64,000 nucleotides of DNA, taken from NCBI RefSeq assembly GCF_018350175.1, contig NC_058368.1:47866001-47930000 (forward strand). Direction: 5' to 3'. The notes below the pieces were generated by a model. It was not told where the DNA came from. It worked only from the letters and a program-made list of their open reading frames with translations, and searched no databases. The position numbers were made by a program, and so were the translations under genes. Each line of letters opens with the position of its first letter. Within the stretch, counting starts at the first letter, position 1. Shown piece after piece: positions 24,807-38,259 of the stretch. The DNA is from Felis catus. Its lineage: Eukaryota.

Positions 24807-26464
24807 AGGCAATTTTTAAAGGCTGTTCCATCTGCCTGCTAATAGGTAGATTTTGGTGACAGGTAACATGTCTGCTGACCCTTCTTAGAATGAATGCTGC
24901 CTCCATATAGTCACCTCTGAGCTCAGGCCAGGGCAGTCGGTCCTGGTAACATTACTGAAAACAGATGATTATGGGTGAGTTGACAGGTGTCACTATGAGC
25001 CTAATGAAACTGATCCCACAAGCTACACCTAAAAATTAGTTTTATTAGTTTCTGGCCCTGTTTAAATATCTAGGTTTTTGCTTCCATTTATTTATATGTT
25101 AGAATGAGATAATAATAGCTCCCCCCCAGCTATTTCATAAGAATATTTTGAAGAAAAAGGAGATAATGTAGGTGAGAAGTTTTGAACTCTTTGTATGGGA
25201 AAATTACTATTAAAACATTATGATGATAATTAGTGGTGGTGATCTGGGGTATGGGGGAACAAAGTGTTTTATATATAGTGTGTTGTACTCCAAAGAAAAG
25301 AACTAATTAAGGCAAACATGTTGTCCTGGTTCTAACTCATATTTCTGTGGCTGGGGTTGATCTCCTAACCTATAAATATGCCTTCTGACCATGACCTTGG
25401 GATACTCTGCTGGGTACTCTCTCCTTGACCCGTGGAGTGTGGCCAGGCAAAATGTAGTGGATGAAGAACAATAAGAAAATGTTTGCTTATCTTGGTATGC
25501 CTGAGTGCTTTTATTATTATTTAAAATCAAAACTTTATTGGATGCAGAAGCTCATCTCTTGATGAACTCAGCTTGTTTCCATGTTGTGTCACATAGCTCA
25601 GAAGGATTTTTCAACACACACAGGGAGTTAAAGGACTTTTGAGTGGTGACAGTATGGCTGGTCCCAAGCATGTGTCCCTTTGGCATGCAGTCTCTAGTCT
25701 CCACGACGCCTGCCTGCCTCACCTACTATTTGTCTGTGACTCTGTGGCTGCTGTGTGGTTGGCATCCACCCCCACACTGGCATGCCAAAGGAGTGAATGA
25801 ACAATGGGATACCCTGGCACTGACGGGTGTTTTAATAACTGTGGAAAATGAGGAATTTACAGATGCATGATTCAAGTTCCCACTTCAAAGGTCCTCAACC
25901 GAAATCCTCCTGAAATTAGAAGCAATACTACTGAACACAATGCAACCTTTTGCATGGCTGCCCAATGTTACTATAAATCTGTGTGTGCAGTGTTTGGGAA
26001 AGTTACATTACTGTGAAATAGATGCCTTGCTTTCATCTGGAATTTATGTATAATGTTCAGTAGGTAGGTCTTGCCTGGGAAATTTGAGGTATGCAATGGG
26101 AAGCAATTTGCTTTTCACTGGCAGCCAAGACTCAACATGGGCTGGGGCTCTTTGAGCAGGGGCTTGATCAGCAACCCTACATGGTTAGATCTTCCCATGT
26201 CTGAACTGCCTTCACTCTGAGGGGAGAACATTCTCTCCCATGTGGACCTGGTCTGAAACTCCACTGGGAAGGTGGTGAAATAAGTCACCTGGGTCCCATT
26301 CTTTTCTCTGTTTACCCCCACTTCATGCTACTTCTCAGTAGGTAGCCCAAATGTTTATGATGTGTTTACGTGTGCCATTTCTCCCACAATGGCTCCCCAT
26401 TCAGGCCTATCCTCCTCAGCCAGGCCTGGCTCCACGCCCACTCTTTTTCCTTTCATGAATAATC

Positions 26465-26660
26465 ACTACCACTCATCCAGTGCTTAGTGTGTGCCGCACT
26501 ACACAAGTGTTCATTAAACCTCACCTCACCTTGTGAGGTAGCTATTTTTTTGTCCCTATTTTACACATAAGGGAATGGCCTCAAGACGCATAATAACTTG
26601 CCCAAGGTGACAAAACCAATAGAAATTTTAACTCAGGTCAGAAGCTCAAACTCATATGAA
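26465..26660 (-). mobile_element. MIR fragment
   Basis: ccttgtgaggtag...ccctattttacacataagggaa...taacttgcccaaggtgaca. Confidence 0.6.
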
Positions 26661-28203
26661 ATTTCTCCTACTTAAAATTTTACCGTAACATTTCCCATTC
26701 TTTCAGATTAATGGCAACACAACTATTTAACTCAAATCTACTTCACAAAGAGCATTTATATCCTAGCAGGGTCTTTTTAGACACAACGCCTCAATGCAAG
26801 ACCCAGTTGTATTGTTAGATTTTCCCACACTGTGACAAATGTTGAAGGGAGGGTGGAACCTTCTGACTCTACCAAAAATGCCACCCAAACGGGGAGGCCT
26901 GTGGTTGGTTAGCATGATCCTTTCATGGTAGAGTTATGTAGCTATCACTACTAGACAAGACAAATCCTGGACAGCGTTCTTACGGGTACTGTTGATGTTT
27001 GCTTTGATGACACTTTTTTCCCCCTCTGATTTCAAGGCCGACCAACATTTCAGCTGACGTCTCCCTCTGATACCCTAAAACCTTCAATCCAGGTTGATGT
27101 CAATGTTTTCTAGATATTTCCTTTACAAGGTGTCTCTCTGAGGAAGACATTTACTGAGAAGTAGTTACTACTGTAACTATTGGCAGTAACCACCAGACCT
27201 GTGCTATGTAATTTTTAACAGCTCATCTTCACCAGAAAACGTTTGAGAAATGTATACAATTTTAATTTTGAAGGGATTAAATGAAGAAACTGAGGTATTT
27301 TAAGTGATTTTTCCAAGACTCATTGCTTACTGACTTTACATCGACAAGGTAATTGAGACAATGTTAGGAGTTTAGTTATGGCTGATGTGACATACGATTC
27401 ATTACGTTTTTACTAGCTCCAAAATTATAAACTAGATGGTTATGCGTGGTTGACTGTGGTGGAGATTAATGATAGCTCAGTTAAGGATCAAAGAAAAATC
27501 ATTTTCCCAGTTCTCTCCCTATTCATATTGTTTTTTTTTTTTTTAAAAAGAATCCTTCCTATTTTCCCTCTTTTTTCTCTCCCAGAGTTAAGTGCAAGCC
27601 AAGAAATCCTTGGAGTGTGACTTTAGGGCCAGGTTGTGTTTCAGTGTCACATGATACCACACGTCATCAATTGCTATTTCTGAGTCTCATTGGGTGATGG
27701 AGCACTCTTGCTGGAAGTCTGAACTGGGGGAAGGGAGTCTGGAGTCTAGAGTGTGGATGAGTGTGGATGTGTATTCTGTCAAGCTGATACAAAACTTCTG
27801 GAAGCTCATTTATTTTTTGCCTTTCTTCTTGTATAATAGAAAATGTTATAAGGCTATGTATTTCTTCTTGAGTTTTTGCTTCAATAACAATATCTTTGTT
27901 TTTCTTCATTCTAAGTATTTTTTTTTAACTCCAATATGATTTCTTCTGCATCCTATGAATTATTTGGGGGACGTGTTTCTGAATTTCCAATTGCATGGAT
28001 TTTTAACTTGTTTATTTTTGTGTTTAACTTGATTATAGTGTGGTCTGGGAATAAGGCCTGTATATACTGATCCTTTGAAATATGTTGAAACAAGTTTTAT
28101 GACAGTTTTTGGTCAACTTCTCACATGTGTTTCAGAAAAATATTTATTCTTTACTGGTTTGATCTAGAATTCTGTCTCTGCCTATGAATTCAAATTCACG
28201 GAT

Positions 28204-28406
28204 TTTTTAATTTTTTAAAAAATTTATTATTTTTATTTTTTTGAGAAAGAGAGCATGAGCAAGGGAGGGGCAAAAAGAGAGGGAGAGAGAGAATCTTAAA
28301 TGCAGCATGGAGCCCAATAGGGGGCTCGATCTCATGACTGTGAGATCATGACCTGAACTAAAATCAAGAGTTGGACACTTAACTGATTGAGCCACCCAGG
28401 TGCCCT
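28204..28406 (-). mobile_element. Can-SINE (shorter, older type)
   Basis: gagagagaatcttaa...atcaagagttggacacttaactgattgagccacccaggtgccc. Confidence 0.9.
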
Positions 28407-28706
28407 TGATTTTGTTGTTGAATTCATTTAAAAAAAATTTGTTTGCTTTATTTGTCAATAATGAGATAGGTATGTTGAAAGTTGTTACTGCAATGATAGA
28501 TATGTTTTGCAATTTATTTTTACTTCATTCATTTTATTAGGTACGTACAAATATAGAATTATTATACCATACTGGTTAACTTAATATTTTAAAAAACTAT
28601 ATGTAGTAAAGACCCTCTTTATTTTTAATAATGTTTCCACTTTAAAGTCTGCTATTTTGTCATAGGTAAATTTCATGGCCTCAGTTGTTATTTTGTTAGT
28701 ATTTTT

Positions 28707-28838
28707 GTGTCTCCCTCTTTCTCTGCCCATCCCTCCCTAGTACTCTGTCCCTCTCTTAAAAATAAATAAAAACATTTAAAAAAATAAAAAAATTTAAAAG
28801 ATTTGGCTGCTTAATCAACTGAGCCACTGAGTCACTCT
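28707..28838. mobile_element. Rearranged Can-SINE pieces: + strand tail followed by - strand head
   Basis: gtgtctccctctttctctgccc...aataaa A tail, then gcttaatcaactgagccac. Confidence 0.7.
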
Positions 28839-28951
28839 GGAACATATATCTTTAAAGAAATAGCAATCAATCTTTGTCTTGTTACTAGATAGTTCAGTTA
28901 ATTTACATTTATTGTGATTTTGGATATATTTTGATTTATATTTGCCATCTT

Positions 28952-29173
28952 ATTTTTTAAAATTTTTAAAAATGTTTATTCATATTTTTGAGAGACAGAG
29001 CATAAGTGGGGGAAGGGCAGAGAGAGAGAGAGAGGGAGACACAGAATCCAAAGAAGGCTCCAGGCTCTTAACTGACAGCACAGAGCCCAACGCGGGGCTC
29101 AAACTCACAGACCATGAGATCATGACCTGAGCTGAAGTCGGACGCTTAACTGACTGAGCCACCCAAGCACCCC
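28952..29173 (-). mobile_element. Can-SINE (SINEC_Fc-type)
   Basis: Full body; TSD atcttatttt. Confidence 0.94.
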
Positions 29174-29227
29174 TTACAATCTTATTTTAACTTACAATTT
29201 GTCTTGTTTGTCACAGTCCATTTCTAT

Positions 29228-30395
29228 TGTTTTTTTTTTTTAATTTTACTTCTTTTTTTTTCATCATGATAAGTGTACACTTTAATCCCCATCCTCTATT
29301 TTCCCCATGCCCTCCCTACCTCCCCTCTGGTAACCATCAGTTTGTTCTCTATAGTTAAGAGTCTGTTTCTTGGTTTGTCTCTCTCCCCCTCTCTCTTTTT
29401 TTCTTTGCTCTCTCTTTTCTTAAATTCCACATAAAAGTGAAATCCTATGGTATTTGTCTTTCTCTGACTGACATATTTCACTTAGTGTTTTACTCTTTAG
29501 CTCTAACCATGTTATTGTGAATGTCAAGATTTCATTCTTTATTTATGGCTGACTAATATTCCATTGTGTATATATACCACATCTTCTCTATCCATTCATC
29601 TATCAATGGGATACTTGGGCTGTTTCCATAATTTGGTTATTGTAAATAATGGTGCTATAAACATAGGGATGCATGTATCCCTCTGAATTAGTACTTTTGT
29701 ATTTTAAGGGCAAATACCCAGTAGTGTAGTTCTTGAATCATAGGGTAGTTATGTTTTTAATTTTTTGAGGAACCTCCATACTGTTTGCCATAATGGCTGC
29801 ATTGCCACCAGTGGTGCATGAGGGATCCTTTTTCTCCACATCCTCACCAACACTTGTTGTTTCTTGTTTTATTGATTTTAGCCATTCTGACAGGTATGAG
29901 GTGATATTTCATTGTAGTTTTGATTTGCATTTTTCTGATGATGAGTGATATTGAGCATCTTTTCATGTATCTGTTGGCCATCTGGATGTTTTCTTTGGAG
30001 AAATATCTGTTTATGTCCTCTGCCCATTTTTAATTAGATTATTTATTTTTAGAGTATTGAGTTATATCAGTTTTTTATATATTTTGGATACTAACCCTTT
30101 ATCAGATAGGTTATTTGCAAATATCTTCTCCCATTCCATATGTTGCCTTTTAGTTTTATTGATTATTTCCTTCACTGTGCAAAAACATGTTATTTTGATG
30201 TTCTATTCCACTGGTCTATGTGTCTGTTTTTATGCCGGTACCATACTGTTTTAACTACTACTACTTTGTAATATAACTTGAAATCTGACATTGTGATACC
30301 TCCCATTTTGTTTTTCTTTTTCCAGCTTGCTTTGGCTATTTGAAATCTTTTGTGGTTCCATATAAATTTTAAGATTGTTTGTTCCATTTCTATTC
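29228..30395 (-). mobile_element. 5'-truncated carnivore L1 with internal deletion
   Basis: Poly-T at the left end, 3' UTR, ORF2 fragment [36 protein letters not shown]. Confidence 0.92.
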
Positions 30396-32284
30396 TTTAA
30401 TGATAACACTTGAAATTTTTCTATCTTTTCAGAAGATATAATCTTTATATATTAATCTGGTGTAATGTGCCACTCTGTTTATAAAGCCAGAGCACAGTTG
30501 TGAACTTAATAACGAAAATATGAAGAAGCTAGGGTCCCGACTCCCCACACTGCAAAATATATCAATTATTTGTTGGTAGTAATTGTCTGTTGAAAGAACC
30601 CCTAAACTTTTGGTTTTATATGGTGTTTGTCTTGAGATATGTTTGCTAAGAAGGGAAAACACTATAACTTTTCCTCACAATCTGATTTAATAACCATTTC
30701 CCTTTCTTCTCTTATTTTTTTCCTGTTTGCACTCTCTCACCCTGTCTGGGTATGTCTCCGGCTGTCTGGTTTTTAGAGGTCCTGGGCCTTGTGCACGAAG
30801 GCTGCAGCCTCCCTCTGTTCTCTACTTTAACCATCACCCATCATCTTGCCAGCAATGACATGGTAGCTCACAGCCACTCACAATGCACAGGCTCTAGCAA
30901 CTAGTGTGAAGGAACAAGTACACTTTTGTGTCACAGATATTTAATAAGCAAAAAGAAATAAAGCTCAGAGGTGGATGGAGGTGGAGGGTCAGAGAGACAG
31001 AGAGATTTTTAAAGTTCCCAGAACTTTTCTTAAACAATCAAAGAGACCAACATCCTTACTGTTTTGTTTGTGTGTTTTGCCACATCTCCCTGTACTCTTT
31101 GATTTCCTGTTTATTTGCCTGGTTTTCACATCCCATCAGTTGTTCCTAGTCTAAAGAATTCTGTGTTGCAGCTTATTCAAGAGCTTATTCTGTTCGGTGA
31201 CATTATAAAATAGTTCAAATTTTCCATTGCTCAATGAAAACCATTTTTGAAAAGTCACTGTGAGAATTAAAAGTTGAAGTTGGTGGGTGAACAGGAGCCA
31301 TGGGAAAAGAGACTTCTTTTTAGATATTCTTCACACTATTCAGGGGTTCGAAAAGATCAGCACCAAACTTAAAAATACCATCAAATGTTTCTCTTTGAAA
31401 TAATAATCCCATAAGATGATATTGTCCTCCCTTGGTAAATTTTAGTGCCAGTGTTCCAGATGATCTATCCAGACTTTTACCTGTCATTGGCTCTTCTCAT
31501 CTGTCAGCTAAGAAATGTAAACTGATATTTTATGCATCTGTGCATCTATGTCAATAAGGGAAGCAAATTTGCTGGGAAAAATCCAATGCAGGTGACTACT
31601 GGTCTTCCTTATGGTGAATGGTATATGGACTTTGGAACTATCTCCAGTTACTGCATTGGTTTTTGCTGGTTTTGGAACTCAAGGCCAGGGTCCAATAAAA
31701 GATTGGAGATCTTTTATTTTATTTTTTAAAAATAGTTTTAAGAGATAAGGATCAAAATTAAATATCCACAACAGGTGCTTGTCTGCAAATGTGTGCATGC
31801 ATCGGCACATAGCTATGTGAACATGCAGTGTTTGCCAGCTTGGTAATTGTGGGTGGAATGTGGGCATTCGCTCTGGAAAACACAACCTGCAGTATTTTTA
31901 TTTTTATTTTTCTCATCCAAACAGAGACATCCAAAACTCTATGTTTTCTATGTGAGCAGTAATAATCCAGAAACGAGCACCGAGAAATGAATAGTTCCAT
32001 GTGAGATAAATGTGTTTACTCTCCGAAAATACTTCTTTCAAATGCAAATCATTACAAAAATGTATCACACACCTTACAACTTTCCATTGTGTAATATACT
32101 AGATAGAATATAATCTCATATAGATGGGTATTGTCATAATTAAAAAACTTAATTTTCATTGCAAGAATGCCTGTGGGGTTACTGAGCTGTATGGAAACGT
32201 AGGCCCCGCAGGGTGTAGTTTTTGAGTTGTTCTTATCTGTTGCCCATTCTTTTTCTGTTTCTGTCTTTAGTAAAACACATTCCT

Positions 32285-32410
32285 GGGGTGCTTAGCGAGC
32301 TCAATCAGTAGAGCATGTGACTCTTGGTCTCAGGGTTGTAAGTTTGAGTCCCGTGTTGGGTATAGAGATTACTTAAAAATAAAAAATCTTAAAAAAAACA
32401 AAAACAAAAC
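32285..32410 (+). mobile_element. Short tRNA-like old Can-SINE
   Basis: gctcaatcagtagagcatgtgactcttggtctcagggttgtaagtttgagtccc plus A tail; TSD acattcct. Confidence 0.85.
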
Positions 32411-32610
32411 CCCTGACATTCCTATTTTTAATTCCTGCCCTATGAGCCATCCTTGATATTTATTGTTTGGATTGACAGATTATTGGTTATTATTGAAGCT
32501 GGGCAATGTCTGTACAATGCTTACTGTATTCTGTCTTCTTGGGACATGTTTGAATATTCCCGAGGTGGATTGGATAGGACAAAGGAGCAATCAAACTTCA
32601 GGTGAGGGAT

Positions 32611-33175
32611 TGTGGCAGATTGCACTTCCCAAAGATGCCTGCCAGCAATCTTCCATACCACATCCACTTCAACACTGTGACCTTGACCCCCATTAATATG
32701 GGGTGGTTGTGTCCTGCCCCCTTATATCTGGGTAGGTTTGTAATGAGTATTGGAGAAATGAAACTATCTGACTTCTAAGACTAAATCATAAAAGATAATG
32801 CACTTTTTTTCCTTGTCACTCACTTTTGGAGTTTTGAGTCATCATATAAGAGATCTGACTTCCGTGCTATGAAGAAGCCCAAGTCACATAAAGAGGCCAC
32901 ATGAAGGTAGTACAGTTGTCAGCTCCAGCTGAGGTCCAGCTGATCAGCATTGACCTCCAGGTACTTGAGTGATTGTGATGCACACCTCTAGGTGATTCCA
33001 GCCTTCATCTGTTGAATCCTTCTCCTGAATCCCCTCCCCCTGCCTCCCTTGAGTCTTCCTAGCTGAGGCCTGAAACATCATGGAGTAAGCAGAGACAGTT
33101 TCCCCTGTGCCTTTTCCAAATTCCTAAACTACAGAGTCCAGAGTGGTTTGTTATGCAACAATAGTAACTAGAACA
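32611..33175 (+). mobile_element. MaLR LTR (MLT1G/H-like)
   Basis: Starts tgtggcagattgcacttcccaaagatg, ends gtttgttatgcaacaatagtaactagaaca. Confidence 0.75.
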
Positions 33176-33274
33176 AAGCTCTAGGGGTTCTTCTTCTGTA
33201 AGTAGAGATTAAGAATTTAAGTGCCCAGTCTTTGCAAAAACACTGTGTAGGGTAGTTGTTAAGATGTTGAGCTC

Positions 33275-33417
33275 GGGGTTCCCCAGGTGGCTCAGTCAGT
33301 TAAGTATCCAACTCTTGATTTCATCTCAGGTCATGATCTGGAACCTCACGGCAGGCTCTACACTGGGCATGGAACCTGCTTCAGATCCTTTCTCCCTCTC
33401 CCTCTGCCTCTCCCTGT

Positions 33418-33450
<33 letters not shown>

Positions 33451-33472
33451 CTCTCAAAAAAAAAAAAAAAAA
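33275..33472 (+). mobile_element. Can-SINE with internal poly-T, inserted in a MIR
   Basis: TSD aagatgttgagctc; MIR sequence resumes with ggattcaaaccccagctcc. Confidence 0.9.
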
Positions 33473-34956
33473 GATGTTGAGCTCTGGAGTTAGGCAGGTC
33501 TGGATTCAAACCCCAGCTCCATCAGCTGTAATACCCTAGGTGAGTGTAATTCTGATCTTCTTTGAACTTCAATCTCCTCACTTATAAACAGGGAAAAATA
33601 CTAGTATCCCATCATGAGGTTTTATGATAAATGAGGTATTTGGTATAAAGCAGTTAGCAAAGTAAATAGCACAGAATATCTGCTCTGTAACATTTAGTTA
33701 GTTTTTTTTTTTAATGTGTGAAATGTTTGAATTCTCAGAGACTACCATTATTGTCTTTCTGATTCTCAGCTGTCATCCAGATAACTGAGCTTTCCAGATA
33801 AATTAAGATCTACTATATTGGTATTAAGAATGGCAATGTTATGTTCACAACTCAAAACTTGGAGAGAAAATAGAAGAATACGTTCCCTGGAGCAGATGTT
33901 GCTAGATTATAAGTTTGAGGAGAGCAGGGGCCACATCTCTCCTTTTCATCACTTCATCTCTGGAGCAAGCACATTGAACACATAGAAAATGCTCAGTAAA
34001 TACTATTTGTACGAATCTCCACAAAATCCTATTTGTGTAGACTTTGGATTCCACAAAAGATGGACTTCCTCATCATCTGCTTATTTTCAGAATTATCAAA
34101 AATAAGGAAGAATTTTCTGAAAAAAAATTTACCCAGAGGCCTAAAATTTCAATATTTATTACAACTATTTTTAGATGTCTTAATTTTATCTAAGGCCATA
34201 GAGGCACGGGGAATACTAAGATAATCCACTTTTCATATTTGTAATGGAAAATATTTTCTCTATATTCTTGGAATATTATGATGCATATTAAACAATTTGT
34301 TAAGCAATTAGCCCAATGCACTTTTGCATAAATTCTTACAGTTTTGACTTTTATAATTCAGAGGCCAAATTGACATTGTTGAGGAAGTTCTGTGACTTAA
34401 ATTAACTATAACCTTAAACTCCCTTCATAATTGCAATCACACTACACAAAGGCTTGATTTTCTTATAATAACATGTAGTTAACTAATTAGAGAGAAAATT
34501 ATGAATTATGGCAAAAGATTTCACTGTATTCTTGCAACTCATTATTTTTTTTTCTCTTCAACTTTTTAATTTAAATTCCAGTTAGTTAACATACAGTGTA
34601 ACACTAGTTTTAGGTATAGAACTTAGTGATTCATCACTGACATACAACACCCGGTGATCATCACATAAAGTGCTCCCCTTAATACCCTTCACGCACTTAG
34701 CACATCCCTGCCCACCTCCCTTCTAGTAACCGTCAGTTTGTTCTCTGTAGTGAAGAGTCTGTTTCCTGGTTTGCCCCTCTCTCCTTTCCCCCCCATATGT
34801 TCGTCTGTTTTGTTTCTTAAATCCCACATATGAGTGAAATCATATGGTATTTGTCTTTCTCTAACTGACTTATTTCACTTAGCATAAGTCTCCAGCTCCA
34901 TCCATGTCATTGCAAATGATAAGATTTCATTCCTTTAAGGCTGAGTAATATTCCAT

Positions 34957-34968
34957 TGTGTGTGTATA

Positions 34969-35022
<54 letters not shown>
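34957..35022. repeat. (TG)n(TA)n microsatellite
   Basis: Directly visible. Confidence 0.97.
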
Positions 35023-35023
<1 letters not shown>

Positions 35024-35031
35024 CACATGGG

Positions 35032-35255
35032 TTTTTTTAGTGGTAATTTTTAAAGTTTATTTATTTATTTTGAGAGAGACAGAGACAGTGTGAGTGGGGG
35101 AGGGGCAGAGAGAGAGGGATACAGAGAATCCCAAGCAGGCTCTGCACTATTAGCATGGAGCCTGATGAGGGGCTCGAACTCACGGAACCATGAGATCATG
35201 ATCTGAGCAGAAACCAAGAATCAGACGCTTAACCAACTGGGCCACCCAGACCCCC
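35032..35255 (-). mobile_element. Can-SINE nested in L1
   Basis: Antisense body ending gccacccagacccc. Confidence 0.92.
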
Positions 35256-35957
35256 TATACTACATCTTTTTTATCTATTCATCAGTCAATGGACTTTTGG
35301 GTTCTTTCCATAGTTTGGCTATTGTTGATAATCCTGCTATAAACATTGGGGTGCATGTATCCCTTTGAATCAGTATTTTTGTTCTTTTGGGTAAATACCC
35401 AATACTACATTTATTCATGTCTTCTGTCCATTTTTTAACTGGATTATTTGTCTTATGGGTGTTCAGTTTCATAAGTTCTCTATAGACTTTGGATACTAGG
35501 CCTTTATCAGATATGTCATTTGCAAATATTTTCTATTCCATAGGCTGCCTTTTAGTTTCATTGATTGTTTCCTTCCCTGTGCAGAAGCTTTTTATTTTGA
35601 TGAAGTCCTAGTAGTTTATTTTTGCTTTTGTTTCCCTTGCCTCCGGAGACATATTTAGTAAGAAGTTGCTACAGCTGATGTCAAAGTGGTTACTGCCTGT
35701 GTTCTCCTCTAGGCTTTTGATGGTTTCCTGTCTCACATTTATGTCTTTCATCCATTTTGAATTTATTTTTGTGTATGGTGTAAAAAAGAGATCCAGTTTC
35801 ATCTCACAACTCAATTTTAATGGAAACGCTAGATTCTGATTTTTGTTCGATGAAACAGAATATAAACTTCTGTCTGGGAGTTATATAATCTTGAAAGCAT
35901 TAGCATTTTCTTGATGACTAGTATAGAAGCTACCTTGCTCCCCAAGGTCTAAAGTTA

Positions 35958-36320
35958 CTGTGTCATCCACATAGGTTAAGTTATGCTATGGTGACAAACA
36001 ATAGAAAATTTTTTTGTCACACCAAGTCCACTTTGGTTCAGGTGACTCACTAGATGGTGGCCCAACCTTGCAGGCCCTTTGATCTCAGGGTATCTGCATC
36101 TCAGTATTTGTGTTCACGATCACTAAGGCTGTGGAAAAGAGCACAGAGAATCTCATCCTGACTCTGGAGGCTTCTGCTCAGAAGTGATGTATATCACCTC
36201 CACTTCACAATCTATTGGCCAAAACAAGTCAAATGGTCATGTTCAATTTCACCGAGTGGGAGTCATATGTTCAGAGATAGGAACAGAATGGGAAACATTG
36301 GTGAGTCCTAGTAATGTTCT
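35958..36320 (-). mobile_element. Old MaLR LTR (MLT1I/J-like)
   Basis: ataggttaagttatgctatggtgacaaaca...gaagtgatgtatatcacctccact...attggccaaaacaagtca. Confidence 0.6.
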
Positions 36321-37112
36321 AGGAGGTGATGTATTTAGTGGTTGTAAGAATCTGGTCCAACATTTTTTTTAGGCAAATTTTTCTTCTCCATCTGATGAAC
36401 ACTGCATTGAGTATAAATGGAATGTTGCTTTTGTAATGTAATTAGTACAAGTTAAAGTATAGTAAAGTATGGCACAACTTACTGCAATGGAATTTGATAG
36501 GACAAGGTTCTGTCTTGGATTCCTTCCAAGGGGTGGGGATTCTTAGTTCTAAACTGCCAGAGCGACTTGGTAACAGTATTGCCTTGCTGAGAAAGCAGTT
36601 CTGAGGCTGGACCTGGAGGATGATACCATAGTGAGGCTCTCATTTAATTATCTCCCTCTGGTGCGGGACCCTGAGATAAGACACACAGTTTGAAAAGTAA
36701 TCACAGGCTACTGCAGTAGAATATCATTACACTTCAGTTAGTTACTAGGTAGATTTAAATATCCACCTTTCTGTTCCTAAGAACCAATGTGACACCACTT
36801 CTGTCCCCTACCAGTCATTGCCCTGCTATCAACTAAAAGAATATATACACACAATGAAGGTCTGATAAGATGCAGTAGGCAGGATATAATCTTCTTTTCC
36901 CCTCTAAACCAACCAGGGTATATATATTATGTATTTGCTGCTTTTATGGCTAGATATGATTTTCTGTCGTTTTATTGCTGCATATGGGTTCTTGGCTTGT
37001 GCAAGGAAAGTGTCAATAATTTGAACGTTTTGGCACTTTCTCTAATGACCTTTGGCCATTATGAATTGAGAAGACTTTGTTCCAATGTGTTGGCGTTACA
37101 CTTTTGGGTAAA

Positions 37113-37363
37113 CTTTTTGTATATTTATATATTTATTCATTCATTCATTTATTCATTTATGCCTTTATGAGAGAGAGCGTGTGCACGTGCACACATGAGC
37201 ACAAGTAGAGGAGCAGCAGAAGGAGAGGTAGAGAGAGAATCTTAAGCAGTCTCCACGGCCAGCACAGAGCCTGTCTTGGGGCTGGATCCCATGACCATGA
37301 GATCATGACCTGAGCCAAAATCAAGAGTCAGATGCTTAACCAACTGAGCCACCCAGGCGCCCC
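37113..37363 (-). mobile_element. Can-SINE
   Basis: Antisense body; TSD ttggg..aactttt. Confidence 0.9.
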
Positions 37364-38142
37364 TTGGGCCAACTTTTTAACTGAAATGCATCATGGTGAG
37401 CTGTGGGTAAAGAGATGCCAAATATGCATTGCCCCCAGTGTTTGTTCAATGCCACAAAAGAATCCTTAAGTGTAGCTAATAAAAGAACTTTTCTGGTACC
37501 CTGTTTCTGTCATATTGACACAGGATTTGCCTGGGGAGTGCATGTGGGGGTCAGGGTGGGGTTGGCAATGTGTTGAAGGTCTGTGAAAATGCTTCTGCAA
37601 TGTGCCTTTCACAGGAAGTACCAATCATTTAAGTGCAGACTCAGAGAATGTACCTGAAGTTTGCCATTTGTCCACATTTTCCATTATTTTATTATTGCCA
37701 CATATGCAATTTTTATTCCTAACCACATTTCGATAGTTTGTCACCTTTTCAACAAAAACAGAGCAGTACATTAAAGGATGTTGTCTTGCAATTGGAATAA
37801 GAATAATATCCATTTATCAGGTACCCAAACAGGATATTGTTGCCAATATTTTGAAAAGGGGCATCAGTCTCCTGGCCTGAGGGCATTAGAACATACATTC
37901 TTTACTGGAGCCCCTTGTAGGAAAGGGAAACAAAAGAAAGCATAATGGAGGAAGAAAGAGCTGATCTTTGCAGCTAATGAGAAAGATGTAATTGGATATT
38001 TTATTTTGTAATTGGATTTTTTCTCGATATTATCCTTTCTCATGATTTTCTTCAATATATTTTCCTCAAAACATTGTCATATACATTGCCATGCATGTTG
38101 TCATATTTAGTCCTTTCTTCATTTAACAATCATATTGACTAT

Positions 38143-38259
38143 CGCTCTGAGCCTGGAGCCTGCTTCGGATTCTGTGTCTCCCTCACTCTGCCCCTCCCCT
38201 GCTCATGCTCTCTCTCTCTCTCAAAAATAAAAATAAACATTAAAACAAACAAAAAACCC
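38143..38259 (+). mobile_element. 5'-truncated Can-SINE
   Basis: Only the 3' half is present; TSD caatcatattga(c/t)tat. Confidence 0.9.

Larger units (their letters stand above)
27850..28945 (-). mobile_element. Old L1M ORF2 relic interrupted by SINEs
   Basis: Antisense L1M motifs ttaacttgattatagtgtggtctgggaataa and ggtatgttgaaagtt. Confidence 0.55.
34545..35802 (-). mobile_element. 5'-truncated carnivore L1 with internal deletion, microsatellite and nested SINE
   Basis: ORF2 fragments [27 protein letters not shown] and [22 protein letters not shown]. Confidence 0.93.

Noticed and set aside
32285..32360. Possible tRNA gene
   Set aside because: Degenerate stems plus A tail and TSD indicate a tRNA-derived SINE
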